Source: an uncultured Gemmatimonadota bacterium
GTDB taxonomy: Bacteria > SM23-81
DNA: 14,795 nt
Assembly (NCBI GenBank): GCA_964584035.1
Contig: CAZOYL010000015.1
Coordinates: 1 to 14,795 of the forward strand
Direction: 5' to 3'
Below the pieces are notes generated by a model. That model was given only the letters and a program-made list of their open reading frames with translations, was not told the origin of the DNA and made no database searches. Both the position numbers and the translations under genes were made by a program. Of the stretch, positions 6,455 to 14,600 are shown in pieces. Positions within the stretch are counted from its first letter, which is position 1, and each line of letters begins with the position of its first letter.

Positions 6455-8617
6455 TCACTCCACCACCACGAACGCCGCCTCCCGCTCCACCTCCTGCCCG
6501 GTGTGCTGATCGGTGATGGTCAGTCGCAAGATGTAATCGCCCGCTTCGGCCCCGGACAGGTCCACCTCCAGCCGGCCGATCTCCATTTCCGAGATGCCTA
6601 CGCTTTCCAGCGAGCTGGACACAGACTCCCACCTTTTCCCGGAACCAAGCGGTGCCGTAATGGCCGACAGAGCCCGGGAGAAAAAACTCTTTCGCTCCGG
6701 AACCCTGGCGATGGTGTATTCGGTCCGGAACCAGGTACGGTCCCAGACATCCACATGCAGATGATAGACCTCGTAATAGACCACCAGGGGCTGGTCGGCC
6801 TGGACCTGCCGGCCGAGGCGCGGCACCATGATCACGTCGCCCCGGCGGAACCGATCGGCACCGGCATCGGAGACCAGCTCGTTGGCCAGCACCAGCGAGG
6901 AGATGGCCAGCGAATCGCCGCCGTAGTCACCCACCTCCACCCGGGTCTTGACGATGCCCAGGCGGCCGGAGCCCTGGTCGCTGATATTGAGAGCCAGCCG
7001 ATACGGCCCATCAGGGACCAGAAAATCCGCCTTCTCCACCACCATGCGGTTGGGGTTGGCCGCCTGGGTGGGCGGCACCTCGAAGCTCTGGACGTCCTCC
7101 TCTCGAGCCACCTCATTCCAGTCCTGGTCGAACAGAACGGCCCGGCGCTCGATGACGGCCCGGGACATCTGCCCGGACCGGGAAAATTCCAGGCCCGGAT
7201 TGGGGATGCCGTAGACCATCTGCAGCTCGGTGAGGCCGCCGGGGCCCCGGAACTCGACCATCCGATAGAGGTAGTCCAGCGGCTCGGCCCCGTAATCATG
7301 ACGGTAATCCTCCGGGGACGCCTCTACCATACGCAGAGCCACGGTGGCCGGTGAGTTGCGAAAATCGGCCGGGCCCCAGGATTTATCAGGGAAAGGGAAG
7401 TTGTACTCCCCGTTCAGAAAGGTGTCGGCGAAGATCAGGCTGACCTCCCGGCCCTCCTCACCATAGGCCCACACCCACCGGGGCGGTACCAGACCCACTC
7501 CGGCTCCGACCTCGCCCAGCTCCCGCCATTTCACCTTCGGCTCGCCGTAGCGGATATAGAACTCCCCCCGTTTCGTCTTCCACCCGGGCAGGTCCAGCCC
7601 GGGGGCGCCAAAGTGGATATTGGCGTAGGCCACCCGGCGGCAGTGCTCCAGCCAGCGTTCATTGGCCGCGGTGGTGGGGGTGGGATCGCGCTCCTTCCAG
7701 AAGCGGCGCAGAAAATCCTCCCGGGCGGAAGGATCCGGGGCCGGCGGCGCCCCGTGATCAGCAGGTTCATCGGCCGCCGGCTCCCCGATACCGGCATGTT
7801 CGTATGCCGCCAGTGCCTCGGCACCGGCTAAATATTCCAGGCTCTCAAAAGGCCGGCGGTCCTCCTGGTCCATCCGCTCGATGGCCGCCCGATAGCTCTG
7901 CTGGGCCTCCTCCAGCATTCCCAGCCGGTGCCGGGTCATGCCCAGGAGCAGATGGGCCCGGGGACGGGAGGAGTCGCTTTGCACGGCCGTGCGGAGATGC
8001 TCGCCGGCTTCCTGCCACAGGTCCAGCTCGATCAGGTTGACGGCCAGATGGCAGAGCACATCGTAGTTCCGGGGCGCGATCCGGGCCGCCCGGGCGAAGG
8101 CATCGGCCGCCTTGCGGTGCCGCCCGGCCGACTCGTAACGGAGGCCCGACTCCTCGTGGAGCAGCCCGATCTGATAGTGGGCCGCCCAATAGGTCGAGTC
8201 GATCTCCAGGACCCGCTCGAACTCCCGGCGAGCGCTGTGCCCGAATCCCCGCTCCCGGTGGACGACGGCCAGGTTGAAGCGGTACCCGGCATCCCCGGGG
8301 GCCAGCGCTACGGCCCGCTGGGCCCGCTGGGTGGCCAGCCAGCGGGCCCGGATATCGCCTCGCCGCAAATAGATCTGTCCCAGCAGATCATGAGCCGGGG
8401 CCAATTCGGGATCCTGCCGGATGGCCTGCTCCAACTCCCAGACGGCGCTCTCGGCCTCCCCCTGGCGGTGCAGCTCCAGGCCCAGGCGGTAATGCTGATC
8501 GGCCTGGCGGTGGGCCTCCGGGCTGATCCGGGCACAACCCATGCCCAGCAGGGCCAATCCGGCCGCCAGGGCCGGCCAGGTTAGGAGAGGAATGAGTTTG
8601 TGACGCGAAGATCTCAT
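6455..8617 (-). CDS. TPR-repeat and GWxTD-domain protein, probably exported or lipid-anchored
   Basis: Hydrophobic N-terminus ending LLGMGC (Cys28, imperfect lipobox), followed by several TPRs (e.g. AHDLLGQIYL, AHYQIGLLHE, AHLLLGMTRH). The GWxTD-type core FW-x-x-R-D-P-T-P-x-T-x-x-N-E...R-V-x-Y-A-N...GWKTKRG-x-x-Y-I-R-Y-G-E-P follows, then beta-rich C-terminal domains. Confidence 0.85.
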   Translation of the reverse strand: MRSSRHKLIPLLTWPALAAGLALLGMGCARISPEAHRQADQHYRLGLELHRQGEAESAVWELEQAIRQDPELAPAHDLLGQIYLRRGDIRARWLATQRAQRAVALAPGDAGYRFNLAVVHRERGFGHSARREFERVLEIDSTYWAAHYQIGLLHEESGLRYESAGRHRKAADAFARAARIAPRNYDVLCHLAVNLIELDLWQEAGEHLRTAVQSDSSRPRAHLLLGMTRHRLGMLEEAQQSYRAAIERMDQEDRRPFESLEYLAGAEALAAYEHAGIGEPAADEPADHGAPPAPDPSAREDFLRRFWKERDPTPTTAANERWLEHCRRVAYANIHFGAPGLDLPGWKTKRGEFYIRYGEPKVKWRELGEVGAGVGLVPPRWVWAYGEEGREVSLIFADTFLNGEYNFPFPDKSWGPADFRNSPATVALRMVEASPEDYRHDYGAEPLDYLYRMVEFRGPGGLTELQMVYGIPNPGLEFSRSGQMSRAVIERRAVLFDQDWNEVAREEDVQSFEVPPTQAANPNRMVVEKADFLVPDGPYRLALNISDQGSGRLGIVKTRVEVGDYGGDSLAISSLVLANELVSDAGADRFRRGDVIMVPRLGRQVQADQPLVVYYEVYHLHVDVWDRTWFRTEYTIARVPERKSFFSRALSAITAPLGSGKRWESVSSSLESVGISEMEIGRLEVDLSGAEAGDYILRLTITDQHTGQEVEREAAFVVVE

Positions 8618-8644
8618 CGTTTCAGGTGCTCAAATGACCTCTTG

Positions 8645-8650
8645 AGTATA
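8645..8650 (-). promoter_or_regulatory. Possible -10 element (TATACT) for the GWxTD gene
   Basis: Minus-strand TATACT lies 27 nt upstream of ATG 8617. There is no convincing -35; that position falls in the loop of the 8657-8682 palindrome. Confidence 0.35.
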
Positions 8651-8652
8651 CG

Positions 8653-8682
8653 AAAAATGGGGAGAACGCGAATTCTCCCCAT
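8653..8682 (-). terminator. Probable intrinsic terminator after the M16 peptidase gene
   Basis: Perfect 10-bp inverted repeat ATGGGGAGAA-(6 nt)-TTCTCCCCAT (8657-8682) running into a T5 tract on the minus strand, about 75 nt past the peptidase stop. Confidence 0.6.
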
Positions 8683-8758
8683 AAGGTAAGAGTTTTTTCG
8701 TCCGCGGGCAAAGGTCTTGATATCGGCCGGCGGAGTACCCGCTATCAGGTACTGGTTT

Positions 8759-11359
8759 TCATCCCTCCGGGTGGGTGGTGATCAGCCCGTAATGCTGGAA
8801 GTACTTATTGGCCACGCGCCGGATGTCCTCCCGGGTGACGTCCCGGATGCGATCCTCGAAATCTTCGACAAAATCATACCCCAGCCCGCGAATCTCATCG
8901 GTGGCCGCCTGGGAGGCCTGGGCCGAGTTGGTCTGGTTGTAATACAGCCCCTGCATGACGATACAGGCGCTCTTGGCCTGCTCCAGCTCCTCATCGGTGT
9001 AAGTATCCTGTTTGATCAGCTCCTGTTTTTCCAGAATGATCTCCAGGGCCGTATCGGCCGTGGCCGGAGTGGTGGCCGCCTGGATGGCGTAATAACCCGG
9101 ATGGGAGCGGGCGTCATTCCAGGCATGGACGAAATAAACCAGCTGATTGCCCCGCAGGGTGGTATGCAGCCATCCGCCGGGATAGCCGATGCCCGAGGTG
9201 ATCCCGTCGATGACCCGCATGGTATACCAGTCTGAGTCTCCCAGCTTCATGCCCGGATAGCCCATGTAGATGACCGTCTGCTGCCGGTCGGTGATGAGCT
9301 CATCGGTGATGTTTTCCTCCAGGGGCGGCTCCCGGGGAACCTCGGGGAAAACCACCTCTTTGGTCTTCATCTTGGCGAAGTGCTTTTTCACCAGATTCTC
9401 CATCCCGGCAGGGTCGATGTCCCCGAAGATGGCCAGAACCATGTTGTTGGGCACGTAATAGGTCTGGAATGTCGACACCAGATCATCCCGGGTCAGGGCC
9501 GAGACGCTGCTGCTCTGACCCACCGGCGTGAACCGATAGGGATGCTGGCGGAAAAAGGTCTTCTGGAAGAAGACCTCCGACTGGGTCCGCCAGTCGTCAT
9601 TCTGCCGGTCGATCTGCGCCAGGACGAGCTGGCGCTCCTTCTCCAGCTCCTCGGAATCGAAGACCGGGTTCTGCAGCATATCGGCTAAAATATCCAGCCC
9701 CTTTTCGGTCTGCTCTTTGAGAACCTCCACCGAGATGTGGGTCAGATCGTTTCCCCCCGATGATCCTATGGACCCGCCCATGGTATCGATCTGCTCGGCG
9801 ATCTGCTCGGCCGTTCGTTTCTTGGTGCCCCGGCGCAGCATCCGGGCGGTGAGATTGAACCGCCCGTTGTCCTGCTCGGTCTCATACAGCACACCGCCCC
9901 TGAGATAGGCGTGCATGGAGACCAGCGGGAAATTGGGATTGCTCTTCATCAGCAGGGTCAGGCCGTTGTCCAGAACCACCCGCTGCACCTGTCCGGTGCC
10001 GCCCGCGGCGACCTCCCGAACGCTTTCTTCAGCCGGCATCCGGGTCCCGGTAGGTCTGAGGACCGCCACGGTCATGGCCTCATCCCGGAAATAGGTTCCC
10101 GCCACCCGCCTGATGTCCTCCGCCGTGACCGCCTTGATCCGCTCCAGGTAATCCCGGCTGAAGGATGGATTGCCCGTCCTGATGAGGTCCTGGCCGATCT
10201 GCATGGCCTGATCCTGGGCCGTCTGGTTGGCGAAGACCTCGGCGCTGAGACGCTGGTTCTTGGCCTTCTCCAGCTCCTCCGGCGTCACCAGCTCGTTCCG
10301 CAGCCGGTGAATCTCCTCCAGAATGGCCTTCTCGGCCTGGTTCACCTTCTCGAGGTCCAGCGTCGACAGGATGGTGAAATCAGCCGCATCGTAACAGGGA
10401 TTATAGGAGCTGGCGGAGATGGTATGGACCAGCTGTCTGTCGTTGCGGACGCCTTTCACCAGCCGGGAGCTCTCCCCGCGGCCGAGAATGTCCTCCAGCA
10501 GGTTCAGGGCGTACAGATCCGGATGGGTCACCTTGACGCTGCGCCAGCCGATCATCAAATAGGTGGTCTCGATGTCCATCTCGTCGTCCACCCGGCGGGT
10601 CCCCATCTGTTTCGGATCGGTCTGCAGGTAGATCTGACGCAGCGGCTTACGGGGCGCATCCGCGCAGTACTTGGTCACCAGGCCGAGGGTCTCCTGGGCG
10701 TCCAGATCGCCGGCGATGACGAAGATCATGTTGTTGGGCACGTACATCCGCTGGTAATAATTGACCAGATCGTCGCGGGTCAGCTGCAGAAAGACATCCT
10801 TGTATCCGATGGTGGGATGATGCTCCGGGTGCTTGACGAACATGGCGGCGTTATACAGTTTGCCGATCCTCCGGCGGGGCTCGTCCTCGCCCATCTCGAT
10901 CTCCCGGGTGATGACGCCGTGCTCCCGCTCCACCTCATGGGGATCCATGGCGTTGTGCAGCACCCAGTCGGACACCAGATCGATGGCTGTCTCCAGATAT
11001 TCCTTCGATGTGGAGACGTAATAGGCGGTATGGTCGCTGGTGGTGTAGGCATTCGACGCCCCGCCCAGCATGTTCAGAATCTCATCGGCTTCCGCCTCGG
11101 TCCGGTTGGTCGTGGTCCCCATGGCCACCAGGTGCTCGCAATAATGGGAGATGCCGGCGCCCAGAAACTCCTCCTCGAAGATGTGGCCGGCCCGCACGTA
11201 CATAACAGCCGTGACCACCGGGGCGGCGTGATTCTCCTTGATGACCACCGTCATGCCGTTCTTCAGCGTGGTATGGACCATCTCTGCAACGACCACTGTC
11301 GTCATCCCCGCCAGGAGAAAACACACAAGAGCCACGACGCTGAGAGCTTTACGCATCAT
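8759..11359 (-). CDS. M16 (insulinase/pitrilysin-like) zinc peptidase, two-module fusion, with signal peptide
   Basis: Inverted zincin motif HYCEH (11146-11132), NAYTT, and a downstream Glu ligand (EREHGVITRE). The second module lacks the Zn motif (NLTARMLRRGT), as in M16B-type fusions. Start placed at ATG 11359 after GGAGGTGA, giving the Sec-type signal MMRKALSVVALVCFLLAGMTTVVVA. Confidence 0.93.
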   Translation of the reverse strand: MMRKALSVVALVCFLLAGMTTVVVAEMVHTTLKNGMTVVIKENHAAPVVTAVMYVRAGHIFEEEFLGAGISHYCEHLVAMGTTTNRTEAEADEILNMLGGASNAYTTSDHTAYYVSTSKEYLETAIDLVSDWVLHNAMDPHEVEREHGVITREIEMGEDEPRRRIGKLYNAAMFVKHPEHHPTIGYKDVFLQLTRDDLVNYYQRMYVPNNMIFVIAGDLDAQETLGLVTKYCADAPRKPLRQIYLQTDPKQMGTRRVDDEMDIETTYLMIGWRSVKVTHPDLYALNLLEDILGRGESSRLVKGVRNDRQLVHTISASSYNPCYDAADFTILSTLDLEKVNQAEKAILEEIHRLRNELVTPEELEKAKNQRLSAEVFANQTAQDQAMQIGQDLIRTGNPSFSRDYLERIKAVTAEDIRRVAGTYFRDEAMTVAVLRPTGTRMPAEESVREVAAGGTGQVQRVVLDNGLTLLMKSNPNFPLVSMHAYLRGGVLYETEQDNGRFNLTARMLRRGTKKRTAEQIAEQIDTMGGSIGSSGGNDLTHISVEVLKEQTEKGLDILADMLQNPVFDSEELEKERQLVLAQIDRQNDDWRTQSEVFFQKTFFRQHPYRFTPVGQSSSVSALTRDDLVSTFQTYYVPNNMVLAIFGDIDPAGMENLVKKHFAKMKTKEVVFPEVPREPPLEENITDELITDRQQTVIYMGYPGMKLGDSDWYTMRVIDGITSGIGYPGGWLHTTLRGNQLVYFVHAWNDARSHPGYYAIQAATTPATADTALEIILEKQELIKQDTYTDEELEQAKSACIVMQGLYYNQTNSAQASQAATDEIRGLGYDFVEDFEDRIRDVTREDIRRVANKYFQHYGLITTHPEG

Positions 11360-11363
11360 CTGA

Positions 11364-11371
11364 TCACCTCC
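11364..11371 (-). promoter_or_regulatory. Shine-Dalgarno sequence of the M16 peptidase gene
   Basis: GGAGGTGA on the minus strand; the GGAGG core lies 7 nt before ATG 11359. Confidence 0.8.
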
Positions 11372-11386
11372 GGGTTGATAGAGAAT

Positions 11387-11412
11387 GGGGCTGTCGAAAG
11401 GCGAACAGCCCC
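11387..11412. other. GC-rich stem-loop upstream of the M16 peptidase start
   Basis: GGGGCTGT (11387-11394) and ACAGCCCC (11405-11412) form a perfect 8-bp inverted repeat. It has only a weak U-tract on the minus strand (ATTCTCT). Confidence 0.55.
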
Positions 11413-11443
11413 GCACCGATATTTTCTATATGTACGCTCTTTT

Positions 11444-11530
11444 CAGCGGAGAGTTGCCCGGTTTTCCCGAGGTGTTACATTTCCTTACCGTGAAAACGAA
11501 GCTTCCTCTCGGACGGGCGAGAAAGCGCTG
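11444..11530. other. Long imperfect stem-loop (possible structured RNA element)
   Basis: Three nested pairings read by eye: CAGCG/CGCTG, TTGCCCG/CGGGCGA and CCGAGG/TCTCGG. No RNA family recognised. Confidence 0.3.
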
Positions 11531-11565
11531 TTTTCAGAACGGCAATCCTTTCCAGAAAAAAGTAC

Positions 11566-11667
11566 TCATGTCGCCAAAAAATGAACGGCACAGATGAAAA
11601 TCGAAAGGGCCAGAAGAAGATAATCCTCCTGACCGGCCAGATACAACTTGATCGTTTGCCAGTTCAT
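11566..11667 (-). CDS. Small hydrophobic protein, 33 aa (MNWQTIKLYLAGQEDYLLLALSIFICAVHFLAT), probable single-pass membrane peptide
   Basis: My own translation, below the ORF-track cutoff. It has an ATG start with AGGAG 7 nt upstream, starts 27 nt after the co-oriented kinase gene's stop, and ends in a 17-residue hydrophobic segment. Confidence 0.6.
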   Translation of the reverse strand: MNWQTIKLYLAGQEDYLLLALSIFICAVHFLAT

Positions 11668-11674
11668 ACCCTCG

Positions 11675-11679
11675 CTCCT
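11675..11679 (-). promoter_or_regulatory. Shine-Dalgarno sequence of the 33-aa small ORF
   Basis: AGGAG, spacer CGAGGGT (7 nt), then ATG. Confidence 0.6.
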
Positions 11680-11694
11680 GATTTCTAACAGGAA

Positions 11695-14600
11695 TCATGG
11701 ATGGCTTGATAATGAGTCGTTTGACAGAGAATCCAGAATCTCCTCGGCCTGTTCCAGGTCGCCCTGGGCATCGATCCCCCGGAAAATATCCCGGGCCTTC
11801 CCGGCCGACTCCCCGGCTTCCTGCGGGCGTCCGGCCAGTCGATGGAGCCGGGCCAGCTCCAGCAGGGTGCGCCCGATCTCCTGTTCCATGCCCAGTTCCT
11901 CGAAGATCTCCCGGCTGCGCCCCAGCTCCAGGCCGGCGCCCTGGATCAATTCGACTCTCTCCTCACCGCCGGCCGCCGAGGCCATCTGCGTTCGCACCTC
12001 GCCCCAGACCCGTCGGGCCAAACCCTCGTTGCCCCGCTGTCCGGCGGCCACGGCCAGGGTAACGGCCTCATCGGCCATTTCAGCAGCCTCCTGGAAGCAG
12101 CCCAGCCGGCAGCAGGCCTGCGCCAGATAACTGCAGGTGATCGATTCAAAATCACCCAGGCCCAGCTCTCTCTGGAGCTCCAGGCTTTCATCGAGGATCT
12201 CGCGAGCCCGGTCGTGCTGGCCGCATTCCAGGCAGACCAGGCCTAAATTGGTCAGGGACATGGCCACGCCATGCCGATTGCCGATCTCCTGGCGGATCTC
12301 CATACTGCGCTGGAACATCTCCCTGGCCCGCTGATAATCACCCTTGTCCTGTGCCAGGCTGCCCAAATTGTTATACAGGCCGGCCACTCCCAGGCGGTAG
12401 CCGATCTGCTCGAAGATCTCCAGACAACGCTGGTACATCTCGACGGCCAGGTCTTTCTTCCCCTGGTTCTTGTAGGCAATGCCCAGGTTATTATAGGACA
12501 GGGCGGTTTCCCAGCGGTCGCCGATCTCCTCTCGCAATTTCAGACTCCGCATATGCATCTGGATGGCCTGGTCATAATCCCCGCGGCTCCGGTGCACGAT
12601 ACCTAAGTAATGATAGCCGGCTGCCAGGTCGGCCGAGGCACCGCTGCCCTCCAGAAGATCCAATCCCCGGCGGATCTCCTCCTCGGCCTTTTCCACCTCA
12701 CCCATCTTATAGTGCACGGCGCCCCGCTCGATCAAGATGCGTCCCAGCTCCCGGCGCCCCTCGTCCTGCTCGGCCATCGGCTGGACACATTCCTGCGCCT
12801 GCCGAAGGCATTCCAGGGCCTGGTCGAAGGCCCCCTGCTTCTCACGGACGCCGCTGGTCTTGCGCATCAGACAGGAACAGCGCTCGCCGGGCAGGTCCTT
12901 CAGGCCCAGCGCGCCGGCGTAGGCCTCCACGGCCTCCTGATGCCGGCCGGTGAGAACATAGATGTCCCCGAGATGCTCCCCGATCCCGGACAGGGCATCC
13001 GTTCTCCGGCTCTCATCCTCCCAGGAGATCTCTCCTGCGATCTCCCGGGCCCGGGTGAACAGCTCGATGGCCTCGGCGTTAGCGAAGACCCTCTTGGCCC
13101 GCTCGGCAGCCTTGATCAGGAAGGGCAGAGCGCCCTCGGGATCGTCGGCCTCCAGAAGGTGGTGGGCAATCTGGGGGATGACCTGCTCGTCCTGAGAGAA
13201 ATTGGCCCGCAGATAGCTGCCCACCAGCATATGGTACTCCTGGCGCAGCTCGGGGAGGATCTCCTGATAGAGCAGGTCCCGGATCTTGGCATGATCAAAA
13301 TGGTACCGCCTCTCGGCGGCATGAATCACGTGATGTTCCCGCTCCAGGCGCTGCAGACTCTTCAGCACCTTGATCTTGTTGAGACCCAGACACTCGGCTA
13401 CGGTGGCCGAGTTGAAGGCCTCTCCCTCGACCGAGGCCACCTCCAGGATGTCGTGCTCCTCCTCATTGAGACGCTGCAGCCGGCGCTTGATGACATCGTG
13501 AACCTTGGAGGGAATGGCCAGCCGGCCCGGACTCTCCTGCAGCCGGTAATGCTCGTTCTCCTGGACGATCATACCCTCGACCTTCATCAGCTTGATGGTT
13601 TCCAGGACGAACAGGGGATTGCCCTCCGTCTCGTTGAACAGCGTCTCATAGAACTCTCCCCCGAAATCGGCCCCGGGGAACAGGGAGTCCACCATGGGAT
13701 GGAGATGCTCGCTCTGCAGACGCTCCAGGGGCAGTTCCACCAACAGCCCTTCCCGGTTCATTTCCTGCCGCACGCGGGGCAGCAGGTTGGAGATCTCATC
13801 TCCCGGCAGGCTGAGGTCTTCCGGGCGGTAGGTGCCCACCAGCAGGACCTTGGCCCGCCGGATCCACCGGGCGGTATAGTGGAACAGGCTCAGGGTGTCC
13901 TCATCGGCCCACTGCAGGTCGTCGATGAACAGGATCAGGGGCCTCTCGGCGGCGGCCCGCTCGATGAGCTTGATGATACTCTGCAGCAGCTCCTCGCGAT
14001 TGACCACCTGGGCCGACTCCTGCCCCTCCAGGTTGAGGAAGACCTTCAGCACCGAGATCTGCGCTTTCAGCTCGGGCGCCTTGCTGTCCACGAAGGACTC
14101 CAGCTTCTGAACCCCCTCCACACCCTTGAGCTGAAAGTATTCTTGAATGGCCTCCACGAATGGATGGTAGGGATAACTTTTCATGCGGTGGAGGCAGCCG
14201 CCGGTGAGGGTGCGAATCTTCCTGGTCCTGGCGTGCTTGGACAGCTCCGAGACCAACCGGGTTTTTCCGATGCCGGCTTCTCCGGAAATGAGGACCGTCT
14301 GCCCCTCTCCCAGCGTGGTGGTATGCAGATGCTCTTTGAGCTGCTCTAATTTCTTCTCCCGCCCGACCAGCTGCGCCCGGAACTCCCGCTCCTCCGTCAC
14401 CACTTCCTCGGCGGCGATCAGCTCCAGCTCGCCCAGGGTCACTTCGGCGCCGCCGGTCATGGCCCGGCGCACCTTGTCCAGATCGGCCACCATCTGGCCC
14501 ACCTGGTCGTAGCGATCCCGGGGCTCTTTCTGGATGGCCTTGAAGACGATCTGCTCCAGTTCCCTGGGCACCTCCGGATTCAGCTCCCGAAGGCCCATGG

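Noticed and set aside
8734..8753. Short inverted repeat AGTACC-N8-GGTACT just after the peptidase stop
   Set aside because: Only 6 bp, with no U-tract; compatible with chance.
11444..11530. Resemblance to a glycine riboswitch (GGAGAG...CCGAGG...CTCTCGG)
   Set aside because: The conserved CCGAAG and CUCUCAGG motifs do not match exactly, there is no P2 stem after GGAGAG, and it lies on the strand opposite the downstream gene. The SRP RNA core motif was also not found.
9911..11584. 557-aa plus-strand ORF opposite the M16 peptidase
   Set aside because: Codon-register mirror of the real gene; no domain motifs.
11385..11597. 70-aa plus-strand ORF in the intergenic gap
   Set aside because: No clear Shine-Dalgarno, no motif, runs through the hairpins and overlaps the better-supported minus-strand 33-aa ORF.
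12148..12627. 120-bp periodic repeats as a possible CRISPR array or DNA repeat element
   Set aside because: The repeats are degenerate, in frame and fully explained by TPR coding units; there are no identical repeats with unique spacers.
12610..14349. 579-aa plus-strand ORF opposite the kinase-STAND-TPR gene
   Set aside because: Antisense shadow with the L/Q/G/V-rich composition typical of reverse-read coding sequence.
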